Positions 1-11,380 of a DNA stretch of 64,000 bases are shown here, piece by piece (the stretch's first letter is position 1; each line of letters opens with the position of its first letter). Source of the DNA: an uncultured delta proteobacterium (GTDB taxonomy: Bacteria > Desulfobacterota > Binatia > DP-6); NCBI GenBank assembly GCA_963815115.1, contig CAWFFN010000007.1, positions 224,001 to 288,000 of the forward strand. Direction: 5' to 3'. The position numbers and the translations under genes were made by a program. A model generated the notes under the pieces. The model made no database searches. It saw only the letters and a program-made list of their open reading frames with translations, and was not told where the DNA came from.

Positions 1-996
1 ATCGAGGTGGCGCCGCAAACGGTGATCGGGTCGGTCGAGGACAAGCTCGCCGATCAGGAGTTCTTCGCCGAGCTGGCGCGTGCCAGCGGCAAGATCGTCT
101 CCTGGGCGCCGCTGCTCGCGAGCCCCTTCCTGCCCGACGTGGGCCCGCGCTGCCTCGATGCGGCGGCGGAGATGCAGCGCGACGGGACCATGGTCGTCCC
201 GCAGGTAGGCTGCCGGCCTCTGGAGCTGCGCTTCGACTTCGCGACCCCCGGCTTCGGGCTCGACAACAACGGCTTCTGGCGGCCCATCATGGCGAAGCCG
301 CGCGCCGAGCGGCGGCGGCTGTTCGCCGACCCCGAGTTCCGCGGCGAGCTGGGAGCCATCCGGGGGCCGTTCGTGGCCGCCCTCGCCCAGGGCTGGGAGC
401 GCCTGGTGCTTCGCATGCCGGGCTCGGAGCGCACGACGCGCTGGCAGGACCGGAGCGTGGTGGAGATTGCGGCGGAGCGCGGCACCAGCGCGCTCGACGC
501 CTTCTGCGACACCGTGCTGGACGACGATCTCGAAGGCCAGTGGGGCGCCCTGATGCTCAACTTCGACGAAGCGGCGGTGGCGGCGATGCTGCGTCACCCC
601 GCGGGGGTGATCGCGCTCTCCGACGCGGGCGCGCACATGGACACGCTGTGCGACCAGGGGTTCACGACCTATCTCCTCGGCCACTGGGTACGCGAGCGCG
701 GTGCGCTCGCGCTCGAGGAGGCCGTGCGGCTCGTCACCAGCGTGCCCGCGGAGCGCTACGGCCTCGTGGGCCGCGGGCGTCTCGCCCCGGGCCTCGCGGC
801 CGATCTGGTGCTCTTCGATCCCCGTCGCGTCGGCACCAGCCCCACGACGATGGTCTACGATCTCCCGCAGCGCCAGCGCCGCCTGCTCCAGGGCGCGGAG
901 GGTGTCGAGCACGTGCTGGTGAACGGGGTCGCCGTGGTGGAGCGCGGCGTGCCCACCGGCCGGCGTGGAGGCCGCATCCTGCGCGGCGGGACCTGA
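1..996 (+). CDS. Amidohydrolase, N-acyl-D-amino-acid deacylase family (5' truncated by window edge)
   Basis: SDAGAH motif, 'GRLAPGLAADLVLFDP' and 'GVEHVLVNG' C-terminal amidohydrolase motifs; frame is open from base 1. Confidence 0.85.
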   Translation: MEVAPQTVIGSVEDKLADQEFFAELARASGKIVSWAPLLASPFLPDVGPRCLDAAAEMQRDGTMVVPQVGCRPLELRFDFATPGFGLDNNGFWRPIMAKPRAERRRLFADPEFRGELGAIRGPFVAALAQGWERLVLRMPGSERTTRWQDRSVVEIAAERGTSALDAFCDTVLDDDLEGQWGALMLNFDEAAVAAMLRHPAGVIALSDAGAHMDTLCDQGFTTYLLGHWVRERGALALEEAVRLVTSVPAERYGLVGRGRLAPGLAADLVLFDPRRVGTSPTTMVYDLPQRQRRLLQGAEGVEHVLVNGVAVVERGVPTGRRGGRILRGGT

Positions 997-1017
997 GACC
1001 AGCGGTACGGGAGACGC

Positions 1018-1653
1018 ATGAGGACGGACGACGAAGCCCGGCGGCAGATCGTCGAGATCGCGAACGATCTCTTCGCCATGGGCCAGCTCACGCCGACCGG
1101 CGGCAACATCAGCGCCCGGGCAGCCGACGACGACAAGATCTGGATCACGCCGAGCCAGCTCTACAAGGGCAGTCTCGCGGCCGACTCCCTGCTCTGCATC
1201 ATGGCCGATGGCACGCTCGTCGCCGGCGAGGGCAAGCCATCGGTCGAGTACCAGATGCACTGGCAGTCCTACGGGGCGCGGCCGGAAGCGACGGCGGCGG
1301 TACACACCCACGCGCCGTACGTCACCGCCTTCGGCATCACCAACCAGAAGTTCCCGCCCATCAACACCGACGCGATCTTCCTGGCCGACACGCAGATCGT
1401 GCCCTGGCTGATGCCCGGCTCCAGGGAGCTGGCGGACGCGGTCGGCGAGGCGCTCAAGGTGAGCCGCGGCGCCATCCTTCAGTGTCACGGGCTGATGGCC
1501 GTCGGCAAGACCATGCGCGACGCCGCCACCCGGGCGATGATGCTCGAGGAGACGGCGAAGCTGGTCGTCTACTGCAAGCAGTTCGGCGGCGAGCTGGCGT
1601 TGATCCCGCCGGAATGGGTGGAACGCCTGGCCTCGGTGGCGAGTTTCCTCTGA
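1018..1653 (+). CDS. Class II aldolase/adducin family protein
   Basis: GGNIS, KPSVEYQMH, VHTH and CHG metal-binding motifs. Confidence 0.9.
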   Translation: MRTDDEARRQIVEIANDLFAMGQLTPTGGNISARAADDDKIWITPSQLYKGSLAADSLLCIMADGTLVAGEGKPSVEYQMHWQSYGARPEATAAVHTHAPYVTAFGITNQKFPPINTDAIFLADTQIVPWLMPGSRELADAVGEALKVSRGAILQCHGLMAVGKTMRDAATRAMMLEETAKLVVYCKQFGGELALIPPEWVERLASVASFL

Positions 1654-1660
1654 GACGCGC

Positions 1661-2446
1661 TCAGGGCCGTCGCAGGAAGAGCGACGCTGCCATCGCGCAG
1701 CCGACCCCGATCACGAAGGCGCGCACGGCGCTCGCAGGCATGCGTCGCGCCAGCCGGGCGCTCAGCCACGAACCCGCGATCTGACCGGCCGTGAGGACGG
1801 CGGCATCCGGCCAGTCGACCGTGCCGCGCAGGATGAAGTAGACGGCGGCGATCCCGTTGATCCAGATCGCGTAGACGTTGCGGAGCGCGATCATGCGATG
1901 AATGGCGGTGAAGCCGACCAGCGCCAGGCCGGCGAGCATCATGATGCCGATGCCCGCGCCGAAGTAGCCGCCGTAGAGCGAGACGAGGAACTGGTAGAGC
2001 AGCACGCGCCCCCAGCGCGGATGCGAGGGCACGCCGTGGTCGCGTCCGCCCTCGGCGGTCGCGTGACGGCGAGCAAAGCGCGTGATCGGCGCCGAGAGGG
2101 CGAAGAGCGCCGTCGCGAACGCGATCAGCCACGGCACGAGCCCCTCGAAGAGCTGCGACGGCGTCCGCAGCAGCAGCCATCCGCCGGCGTAGCCCCCCAG
2201 GATCGACGGAATGCTGCCCCAGACCACCCAGCGCTCGAGCCCCTCCAGCTCGTGGCGGAAGCCGTGGAGCGCTGCCACCGACCCGGGTGCGAGCGAGACC
2301 GTGTTGGTCGCGTTGGCGAGGATGGGCTCCCGCCCGAGCCAGATCAGGATCGGGAAGGTGATCAGCGAGCCGCCACCGGCAACGGCGTTGACGGCTCCCG
2401 CGACGGTCGACGCGGCGAGGAGGATCAGGGCGTGGGACGAGGGCAG
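1661..2446 (-). CDS. TauE/SafE sulfite exporter family membrane protein
   Basis: YGGYFGAGIG motif. Reading upstream of the listed ORF gives the in-frame N-terminal motif AGAVNAVAGGGSLITFP, so the start is probably a CTG near 2446 (start uncertain). Confidence 0.85.
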   Translation of the reverse strand: MPSSHALILLAASTVAGAVNAVAGGGSLITFPILIWLGREPILANATNTVSLAPGSVAALHGFRHELEGLERWVVWGSIPSILGGYAGGWLLLRTPSQLFEGLVPWLIAFATALFALSAPITRFARRHATAEGGRDHGVPSHPRWGRVLLYQFLVSLYGGYFGAGIGIMMLAGLALVGFTAIHRMIALRNVYAIWINGIAAVYFILRGTVDWPDAAVLTAGQIAGSWLSARLARRMPASAVRAFVIGVGCAMAASLFLRRP

Positions 2447-2452
2447 GGGACC

Positions 2453-2920
2453 TCAGTAGACGCCTGCACCGAGCTTTGCGTGGTCCCAGCTCGAGATCCG
2501 CTCCGGCCGCACGCGGATGATGCAGCGCTTGCTGGCCTGCCCGCGGAGCGCGTCGCGCAGTCCCTCGGTCACGATGGCGGGATTGTATTTCCGTTGCACC
2601 GCCTCGAGGACGTCGAGGACATGCTCGGTGTCGTCGTCGATCGACGCTCGCCCGCGGATGATCAGTCCCTTCAGCTCGACGTAGGTGCGACCGCTCTCCA
2701 CCAGGAGCGTGCAGCGCGGATCGCGTCGCAGGTCGAGCGCCTTCTGCGACTTCCGGAACGTGGTCATGGCCACTACGCCGTCGGGGTCGACGAGGTACCA
2801 CATCGGCACCGGGAGCGGGAAGCCGTGGCGGCCGTTGCTCACCAGGATGATGGTGTGGGACTGCGCGAGGTACTCGCGTTGCTCCTCCGCCGTGAGGGCG
2901 ATCTGCGCGCGTCGATTCAT
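2453..2920 (-). CDS. Pyridoxamine 5'-phosphate oxidase-like (PPOX class, probably F420-dependent) protein
   Basis: 'PMWY...TFRKSQKALDLRRDPRCTLLVESG...SWDHAKL' pattern; start MNRRAQI at 2920. Confidence 0.85.
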   Translation of the reverse strand: MNRRAQIALTAEEQREYLAQSHTIILVSNGRHGFPLPVPMWYLVDPDGVVAMTTFRKSQKALDLRRDPRCTLLVESGRTYVELKGLIIRGRASIDDDTEHVLDVLEAVQRKYNPAIVTEGLRDALRGQASKRCIIRVRPERISSWDHAKLGAGVY

Positions 2921-2983
2921 GGCGGCCCTGCGTATCCCGGGCCGCGCTTTTTTTCCAGCCGGCGAGCCGATATGCATCACGGG

Positions 2984-3492
2984 ATGCGACGTGAGATATA
3001 CGCCGGGCGCATCGTCGACCTCGGCATCGAGCGGGTGACGCTGCCGAACGGGGCCGAGGTCGATCTCGAGGTCATCCGCCACAAGGGGGCGGCGGCGGTC
3101 GTCGCCCTGGACGACGCGGAGTGCGTCGTGCTGATCCGCCAGTTCCGCCACGCGGCGGGCGGCTACGTCTGGGAGCTGCCGGCCGGGGTGCTCGACCATC
3201 GGGGCGAGTCGCCGGAGTCGTGCGCGGCGCGAGAGCTTCGCGAGGAGACCGGCCTGTGCGCAGGGCGCCTCGCGCCCCTCGGGGCCATCCTGACGACTCC
3301 GGGCTTCACGGACGAGCGCATCCATCTCTTCGTGGCGCACGACCTGGCGCAGGCGGAAGTCGCGCGCGATCACGATGAGGTGATCGCCGAGATCGCCCGT
3401 GTTCCGCTGGACGAGGCGCTGGCCATGGTCCGGCGGGGCGAGATCGTCGATGCCAAGACCATCTGCGGACTTCACCTCGCGGCGGAGGCGGC

Positions 3493-3496
<4 letters not shown>
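2984..3496 (+). CDS. NUDIX hydrolase (ADP-ribose pyrophosphatase-like)
   Basis: Nudix box ELPAG...AARELREETG; QFR and TPGFTDE motifs. Confidence 0.9.
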
Positions 3497-4530
<1,034 letters not shown>

Positions 4531-4774
4531 TCAAGGGATTCTCGGGGTTTGACAGCGATGTCACCGCGGCCTCGACCGCGCCGCGGCGGGATTGGACTGC
4601 GCCGCGGCTCGCGTGTTCACGGAGCCGCGCCGTACGATGGGGACGGTTGCCGGCACGTGACCGTACGGAATTCCCCCGGCGGCGTTTCGCGGGGTTGGGA
4701 AAAGACGGCCGTTTCATTCCGACCGATGCGGCTGGGTTGCCGCGTTCCCGGGTGTACTCCCAGGGGAAGGCGGA

Positions 4775-4790
4775 GGGCATGATCGTTGCT
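4775..4790 (+). promoter_or_regulatory. Putative sigma54 (-24/-12) promoter upstream of the DUF1329 gene
   Basis: GGGCAT-GATCG-TTGCT fits GG-N10-GC. Confidence 0.55.
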
Positions 4791-4972
4791 CCGAACGCGC
4801 CCGAGAAGAGGTCAGATGCGCAGATGAAATGAAGAATGACCCAGAAAGGCCCCCGCGAGGTTCCTCCGAGTCAGTCGACTAGCGGGCGGCAACCGTCGAG
4901 CACGTGCACAGGTCGATCGCCGACCTTCCACTCGTCGGCGCGCCAGCGAGGGAAGGTCAAAGGAGAGAGTTG

Positions 4973-6238
4973 ATGAACATGGGTCGTTCCTGGTGTGCCG
5001 CAATCGCACTGGTCCTGTCGGCGCTCGCCGCGAGCGTGCATGCCGACGTTGTCCCCGGCGACAAGATCGACGGGACGAACGTGGCGAAGGCAAAAGACCT
5101 GATCTCGCCGGGACTCGAGTGGTGCATCAAGCGGGGATTCCCGATCACGGTCGGCGAGACCAAGCGGATCGAGTGGCCGAAGGCGTACAAGGAGGCCACC
5201 GAGAAGTACGCGCCGCAGGTAAAGCTGTCGGCGGACGGCCTCACCGTGAGCAACTATGTCGCGGGTCAGCCGTTCCCGAACCTCGATCCCAAGGACCCGC
5301 AGTTCCCTGTCAAGATCATGTGGAACTACGAGTACGGGTTCGCGAACGGGCTGGACGACACCGACCTGCGCAACTTCGACGCCGACACGGGCACGATCCC
5401 GCAGAACGGCCCCATGACGGTCGAGCGGCACTTCCTGCTCGATCACTTGCGCCGCCTGTTCTGGACTGGCCGGCTCTACGTCGATCCCAAGCCCGAAAAG
5501 CCGAACCCGAACGGCTACCGGGTGCAGCAGGGGCTGTATCCCATCCTCGAACCCTTCGACCTGAAGGGGGTGGGCGGGCTCGGCAACCGCTACATCGAGT
5601 CCGGCAAGCAGGACGACTCCTGGCTCTACCTGCCGTCATTGCGGCGCGTGCGGCGGCTGTCGACGGCGCAGCGCTCCGACGCGCTCTTCGGCCAGGACGT
5701 CGACATCGACAGCTACTACGGCTACGCCGGGCAAGTCTCCTGGATGGACTGGAAGTACCTCGGTGAGAAGGAGGTCCTGGGCCCGGTGCACGCAGAACAC
5801 TTCCCGGTGAAGTGGAACTCCAAGATCGACTGGGCCTTCGACGACGTGTGGGAGAAGCGCAAGGTCTACGTCGTCGAGGGCACGTCGAAGCTGCCCCAGT
5901 ATGCGTACTCCAAGCGGGTGCTGTTCATCGACAAGGAGTCCTGGGGCGTCATATTCAGCGACATCTATGACCGCTCCGGAGAGCTGTGGAAGGTCTGGAT
6001 CAACGACGTCAGCTTCCGGAAGTCGGTTCCGGGGAACAATGCGATCGTGTACGAGGATGAGATGCCCTTCGCGCCCGCCATCGTCATGGTCGATCTGCAG
6101 CTCGAGCACGCGACCAAGGCGTCGCTGCCGAGCCCGCGTTTCCCCGGCGAGCAGGGGTGGTACTTCCACCAGGGCGAGAAGGCGGGGGCCACCGACGACT
6201 GGTTCACGGTCGCTGCGCTGGTGGCGGCAGGGCGGTGA
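4973..6238 (+). CDS. DUF1329 family exported protein (lipoprotein-sorting fold)
   Basis: Signal peptide; GQPFP, 'WLYLPSLRRVRRLS', 'YSKRVLFID' and 'YDRSGELWK' motifs; AGGAG RBS. Confidence 0.85.
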   Translation: MNMGRSWCAAIALVLSALAASVHADVVPGDKIDGTNVAKAKDLISPGLEWCIKRGFPITVGETKRIEWPKAYKEATEKYAPQVKLSADGLTVSNYVAGQPFPNLDPKDPQFPVKIMWNYEYGFANGLDDTDLRNFDADTGTIPQNGPMTVERHFLLDHLRRLFWTGRLYVDPKPEKPNPNGYRVQQGLYPILEPFDLKGVGGLGNRYIESGKQDDSWLYLPSLRRVRRLSTAQRSDALFGQDVDIDSYYGYAGQVSWMDWKYLGEKEVLGPVHAEHFPVKWNSKIDWAFDDVWEKRKVYVVEGTSKLPQYAYSKRVLFIDKESWGVIFSDIYDRSGELWKVWINDVSFRKSVPGNNAIVYEDEMPFAPAIVMVDLQLEHATKASLPSPRFPGEQGWYFHQGEKAGATDDWFTVAALVAAGR

Positions 6239-6412
6239 TCCGAGGTCGGTGAGGGTCCCGAACCCGCTGACGGCCGTGATGCCGCCCCGGGAGAAGCTCA
6301 ACCCGGGACGGCTGGCGGGCGTTCATCCGTCTGTACCGGCCGCACGCGGTTGGAGCGTGGCGTCAGAAGCGCGGACCGACTACTCGACGCCGATGGGCTC
6401 GCTGTTTCTTGC

Positions 6413-7609
6413 ATGGACCGGCATTTCGCTGTGAGCGCATCGGCCGGCTGCCCACCGCCAGTCGGGCCGGAACGCGAGCTCGGCCGGCTACGCGAACTTG
6501 CAGCCGTATTCTTGCGCTTGGGGCTCACCGCGTTCGGCGGTCCCGCCGCGCACATCGCCATGATGGAAGACGAGGCCGTCGTGCGCCGGCAGTGGATCAC
6601 GCGCGAACGATTCCTCGACCTGCTCGGCGTCTCCAACCTCCTCCCCGGTCCGAGCTCCAGTGAGGTGGCGATCTACCTCGGCTACGTGCGCGCCGGCTGG
6701 CCCGGGTTGGTGGTCGGGGGTGCCTGCTTCATCGTGCCGGCCGCGTTGCTGGTTGCCGTACTCGCGTGGATGTACACCCGATTCGGCTCGCTGCCGGAGA
6801 TGGCGGGCGTACTCTACGGCATCAGGCCGGTCGTCGTGGCGATCATCCTTCAGGCGGTCTGGCGGCTCGGCTGGGCGGCGATCAAGGATGGGTTCTCGGT
6901 GGGGGTCGGGGTCGCCGCAGCCACGCTGACCGTTGCCGGGGTGGCACCCGTCACGGTACTCCTCGTCTCGGGCATCGCCATCGCCGGAATGCGTCACGCC
7001 AGACAGGTCGGCCGGGGCGGCGTCGCAGTCGCGTTGCCGCTCGCGTCCTCGGTCGCCGCCGGTGCCGGCGGGAGTCCGGTCGCGCTCACGAGCCTGTTTC
7101 TCGTCTTCGTGAAGATCGGGGCGCTCGTCTTCGGCAGCGGGTATGTGCTGCTGGCGTTCCTGCGGGCCGATCTGGTCGAACGGCTGCAATGGCTCACCGA
7201 GCATCAGTTGCTGGACGCGGTGGCGGTGGGACAGGTGACGCCGGGACCGGTCTTCACGACGGCCACCTTCATCGGCTACCTGCTCGCGGGCTGGGCGGGC
7301 GCGTGCGTCGCCACCCTGGGCATCTTCCTGCCGGCCTTCGTGCTCGTCGGCGCGAGCGGTCCATTCCTGCCGTTCCTCCGCGAATCCCGCCTCGTCGCGT
7401 CGATCCTCGATGGCGTGACGATCGGCGCCCTCGCGCTGATGGCGGTCGTCACCTGGCAACTCGGCCGCGCAGCCGTCGTGGATGTCCATACGGCGGTGCT
7501 CGCAATCGGGAGCGCTGTCCTGCTCGTCCGCTTCCGGCTCAATGCGAGTTGGTTGATCGTCGCCGGCGCGGGGGCCGGGACGATTCTCGGCATCGTGCGG
7601 GCACCGTAG
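6413..7609 (+). CDS. chrA: Chromate efflux transporter, CHR family
   Basis: FGGPAAHIAMM, LPGPSS, FGSGYVL and GQVTPGP motifs. Confidence 0.92.
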   Translation: MDRHFAVSASAGCPPPVGPERELGRLRELAAVFLRLGLTAFGGPAAHIAMMEDEAVVRRQWITRERFLDLLGVSNLLPGPSSSEVAIYLGYVRAGWPGLVVGGACFIVPAALLVAVLAWMYTRFGSLPEMAGVLYGIRPVVVAIILQAVWRLGWAAIKDGFSVGVGVAAATLTVAGVAPVTVLLVSGIAIAGMRHARQVGRGGVAVALPLASSVAAGAGGSPVALTSLFLVFVKIGALVFGSGYVLLAFLRADLVERLQWLTEHQLLDAVAVGQVTPGPVFTTATFIGYLLAGWAGACVATLGIFLPAFVLVGASGPFLPFLRESRLVASILDGVTIGALALMAVVTWQLGRAAVVDVHTAVLAIGSAVLLVRFRLNASWLIVAGAGAGTILGIVRAP

Positions 7610-7617
7610 GGTCGACG

Positions 7618-9078
7618 GTGAGCCGCTTGCCTCCGTGGTTGGCAGCGGTGCTGTTGCTGGCGTCGAGCGTCGCCGGGTGCGATCGCCAAACGCCGCGCAA
7701 CCCCGCGATCGGGACCGCGGTGGCGGAGCCGCCGAGCGGCGCGCCGCTCTTCGAGCCCCCCGTCCTCGCGAGCGGCGCCGGGCGGCTGACGGTGGACCTC
7801 GACGCGGCTCCGGGCTCGTTCGTGATCGGCGGCGAGCAGTTCGCCGGGATGCTCTACGACGGCGCGTACATCCCGCCCGTATGGCGCGTCCGCCCGGGCG
7901 ACGTCCTGACCGTCACACTCCATAACCGCTTGCCCGAAATGACCAACCTGCACTTTCACGGCATGGAGGCGCCCCCGAGCGGAAACGGCGACAACATCTT
8001 CGTCCACGTCCAGCCGGGCGCTTCGTTCACGTATTCGTTCACCGTGCCCGAGCATCCCGGCCTGTTCTGGTACCACCCGCATGCGCACGGCCGAACCAGC
8101 CCGCAGATCATCGGCGGTATGTCGGGCGCCATCCTCGTGGACGGCGACGAGCGCTACTACCCGTTCCTCGCGGGGATGCGGGAGCGGCTGCTGCTCCTGA
8201 AGCACATCCCGCATCCGCAGGCAGACTACCAGGAGCTGGTCACGGTGAACGGCCAGCTCGCGCCGGCCATCTCCATCCGGCCGGGCGAGGCACAGCTCTG
8301 GCGGGTTGCGAACATCGGCGCCGATCTGTTCCTGAAGATCGCCGTGGCGGGTATGCCCTTCTACGTGGTGGCCACCGACGGACACTACCTCGGCCACCCG
8401 ACACGCATGGACGAGGTGCTGCTGGGTCCGGGCGGGCGGATCGAGGCCGTGGTGGTCGGAGGACCGAAGGGCCGCTACGCGTTCGAATCGATCCCGTTCG
8501 TGATGGAGCAGGGCCGGCCCCCGCTACCGCGGCATGCGCTCGGAACGGTGCTGTCCGAAGGTCCCGCAGCCGACGTGGACGCGGTCGCATCACGCGTCGA
8601 GGGCGAGACGGTCAACCAGTCGCGCTACATCGACGCGCTGCGGGCGAGCCCCATTGCGCGGCGCCGGACCATGACGTTCTCGCGTACCGCGGATCGCTCC
8701 AAGTTCTTCATCAACCAGCGGCAGTTCGATGAGGCCCGAACCGACGTCACGGTCGAGCTCGGCGACATCGAGGAGTGGACGCTGGTCAACGCGGACAACC
8801 AGCTTCACAACTTCCACATCCACCAGACCGAGTTTCTCGTCACGGAAATCGACGGCGCACCGCAGCGGATGGACAGCCTCTACGACACGTTCGCGTTGCC
8901 CGCCGCGAAGGATGGCAAGCCGAGCAGGGTCAAAGTCGTGATCCCCTTCACCAACCCGGCGATCGTGGGGCGGTTCGTATTCCACTGTCACGTCGTGAAG
9001 CACGAGGACAAGGGCATGATGCAGACCATCGAGGTGGTCGCCCTGTCCCCGCGCCGCCCGCGACGGCGAGCGCGGTGA
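7618..9078 (+). CDS. Multicopper oxidase, probable lipoprotein
   Basis: TNLHFHG, WYHPHAHG, HNFHIH and FHCHVVKHEDKGM copper-binding motifs; lipobox VAGC; GTG start at 7618. Confidence 0.92.
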   Translation: MSRLPPWLAAVLLLASSVAGCDRQTPRNPAIGTAVAEPPSGAPLFEPPVLASGAGRLTVDLDAAPGSFVIGGEQFAGMLYDGAYIPPVWRVRPGDVLTVTLHNRLPEMTNLHFHGMEAPPSGNGDNIFVHVQPGASFTYSFTVPEHPGLFWYHPHAHGRTSPQIIGGMSGAILVDGDERYYPFLAGMRERLLLLKHIPHPQADYQELVTVNGQLAPAISIRPGEAQLWRVANIGADLFLKIAVAGMPFYVVATDGHYLGHPTRMDEVLLGPGGRIEAVVVGGPKGRYAFESIPFVMEQGRPPLPRHALGTVLSEGPAADVDAVASRVEGETVNQSRYIDALRASPIARRRTMTFSRTADRSKFFINQRQFDEARTDVTVELGDIEEWTLVNADNQLHNFHIHQTEFLVTEIDGAPQRMDSLYDTFALPAAKDGKPSRVKVVIPFTNPAIVGRFVFHCHVVKHEDKGMMQTIEVVALSPRRPRRRAR

Positions 9079-9092
9079 TCACGAAGGGAGCA

Positions 9093-9131
9093 TCCCGGCG
9101 CCGGTCGGGAGGACCGGCGCCGGGAGCTTTT
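9093..9131. terminator. Long hairpin between convergent genes (probable bidirectional terminator)
   Basis: TCCCGGCGCCGGTC-GGGAG-GACCGGCGCCGGGA followed by GCTTTT on the + strand. Confidence 0.75.
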
Positions 9132-9161
9132 GCTTACGAGCTACTCTACGAAGCGCGTGCC

Positions 9162-11321
9162 CTAGGGCACGACCGTGAACGTCGCATTCCCGGGCAGGCT
9201 GATCGAGCCCGGTCCGGGCAGATCGGCGATGCCGTCGACCGACAGGTTGCCGGTCATCGGGATGCAGAAGATGCTCACCAGGGTCGACGGATGCGGCAGG
9301 CCATCCGAGCCGTCACCCGCGGGCGAGCCCGTCTGGGTGATCTGCTCGGCGGTCGACTGTCCGAAGGCGCCAGCATTGATCTGGCCCGGACAGAAGATGC
9401 CGTCCGCGGCCGTCTGGGTAGCGGAGCCGGTCGTGAGCGGGGTCAGGTCGACCGGCAGCGTGGCGACGAAGCTCCCTGCACCAGGCATGCAGTCGAGGCT
9501 CGTCTGGTTGACGTTGGTGGTGGTGCAGGCCTGGCCCGCGTTCTCGCCGTAGCTGCAGGCGCCGCCGATGCACTGCGGGCAGGCCGTCGGCTGGCCGAGG
9601 CTCAGGAAGACGCGCGAGGCGAGGTTGATGCTGACGGACGACTCGCCCGTGAGGACGTCGAGCGTTCCGCTGCCGTCGGTCGCGAAGGTGTTGACCACGC
9701 AGGTCGAGGGGAAGCCGTTGACCGGCACCGGCGGTCCGAAGAAGCAGGTGGGGTCGAATGCACAGGCGCCCAGGAGCCCGGTGCAGTCGGCGTCGCTGGT
9801 GCACTCCACCGCCGGGTTGTTGACGCAGTGCTGGGTCGGCTGCGGGCCCGTGGTGCAGTCCGCCCGGCTGGTGCCGAGGCTGGCGATCAGGTTCACGTTG
9901 TCCGTCGTCTCGAAGATCGAGGTGGCATTCTCGGGAATGAGCGACGGGGGCTCGCTGGAAGCGCCGCCACCGATGTACAGGCAGCCGAGACCGAGCTGCA
10001 GGACCGGCATCGTGCCACCCGTGTCGGAGGACAGCTGGCCCGAGAAGGGTCCGAGCCCGACGTCCGGGTTGTTCTCATTGGGCTGCTGGCAGTCCGAGCC
10101 CACCACGGTGGTGAAGCTCAGGTGGGTGCCGAGCGGCGGAGGCTCCGTCGTGGTCGTGGTGGACGTCGTCGTCGTGGTCGTGCTCGTGGTCGGCACGGTC
10201 AGGGAGCGCGACAGCGCCTGGGCGAAGATGTCGATCGCCGTCTCGATGGGTGTGAGCTGGTCAGGGGTGCCGCACGTCTTGAGCGCGCCGTTGAAGGACG
10301 AGCCGGCCTTGGGGCCACAGCTCTCGGCCACTGCGAGTCCGGAGCTCGCGGCCTTGGACCAGCACTTCGCGACGGCCTGGGCCTTCTTGCCGACCGCGGC
10401 CATCTTCTTGCCGGCGCAGATGTCCGGGCCCGGCGCGCCGCTGCTGACGATCTGCAGGGTGCTGGCGATCATGTTGTCGACGGCGGCCTCGAACGTGGCC
10501 GGGTCGAGGTTGTCCCCGTGGCGGCCGCCGACCAGGCAATCGCCCTTGTCGCCCGCCTTCGCGAAGCCGCTGTCGAAGGCGTTGACGGCCTTCTGGATGC
10601 AGTTCGCGTCGACCGGGACGCCCTTCTGGAGCGCCTTGGAGTAGCAGGTGGCCTCGGCCTTGGCCTTCTTGCCAGCGGCGTCGATGGCGCCCTGCGCGCA
10701 CTTGCTCGGCGAGCCGGTCCCCACGATCGTGAAGCCCATGTTGTCCACGGTGAGGATCTCGACGGCGGCGAAGAGGCCGGACGTGCCGCACGAGTGTGTC
10801 GTGGTGAGGCTGACCGTCGTTGCGGGAGCGCTGAAGTCGAGGGAGATCGTGAGGCCACCGGCCGGGATGGTCGTGGTGCTGGTCCCGACCAGGGCCTGGC
10901 TCTCGTCGAAGCCCTGGAGCGTCACGGCCATCGTGCCCATGCAGTCGAGGCCGAGCGTGGTGGCGTCGAACTGGAGGTGGGTGATCGGCGGATAGAAGAA
11001 CATGGTCTCGGGCGACTGCGGGATGCCGCCGCTGCCCATCGACACGAAGCTCGCGAAGACCAAGACATTGGGCGGCGAGATACCCGGCTGGCTGCTCCCG
11101 ATGTCGAAGATCGTGCCGCCATTCTCGCCGAAGCCCATGAACTGGACGCCGAGATCGGCTTCCTCGTTGGTCGCGGGAACAGCCGTGGTGATGGACTCGG
11201 GCGAGCCGACGTTGTCGAAGTTCACCAGCACGTCGCTGGGGGAGACCGGCGTGAACTGGGCCGTCGCATTGCGGGCCAGCGCCGCCAGCACGAGGGCGCT
11301 CACGAGGAGGAATCGTTTCAT
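9162..11321 (-). CDS. Secreted Cys-rich multidomain protein with Thr-rich linker (paralog A)
   Basis: Signal peptide MKRFLLVSALVLAALARNATA; AAGGAG RBS; two 'GKKAxAxxxCxSKA' repeats; TTSTTTTT linker; tandem paralog upstream. Confidence 0.85.
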   Translation of the reverse strand: MKRFLLVSALVLAALARNATAQFTPVSPSDVLVNFDNVGSPESITTAVPATNEEADLGVQFMGFGENGGTIFDIGSSQPGISPPNVLVFASFVSMGSGGIPQSPETMFFYPPITHLQFDATTLGLDCMGTMAVTLQGFDESQALVGTSTTTIPAGGLTISLDFSAPATTVSLTTTHSCGTSGLFAAVEILTVDNMGFTIVGTGSPSKCAQGAIDAAGKKAKAEATCYSKALQKGVPVDANCIQKAVNAFDSGFAKAGDKGDCLVGGRHGDNLDPATFEAAVDNMIASTLQIVSSGAPGPDICAGKKMAAVGKKAQAVAKCWSKAASSGLAVAESCGPKAGSSFNGALKTCGTPDQLTPIETAIDIFAQALSRSLTVPTTSTTTTTTSTTTTTEPPPLGTHLSFTTVVGSDCQQPNENNPDVGLGPFSGQLSSDTGGTMPVLQLGLGCLYIGGGASSEPPSLIPENATSIFETTDNVNLIASLGTSRADCTTGPQPTQHCVNNPAVECTSDADCTGLLGACAFDPTCFFGPPVPVNGFPSTCVVNTFATDGSGTLDVLTGESSVSINLASRVFLSLGQPTACPQCIGGACSYGENAGQACTTTNVNQTSLDCMPGAGSFVATLPVDLTPLTTGSATQTAADGIFCPGQINAGAFGQSTAEQITQTGSPAGDGSDGLPHPSTLVSIFCIPMTGNLSVDGIADLPGPGSISLPGNATFTVVP

Positions 11322-11380
11322 GTCGCACTCCTTCCGCAGAATGTTCGGTTCGGTCGTTCGTCCGCCGTCGAGCGCGCGCA

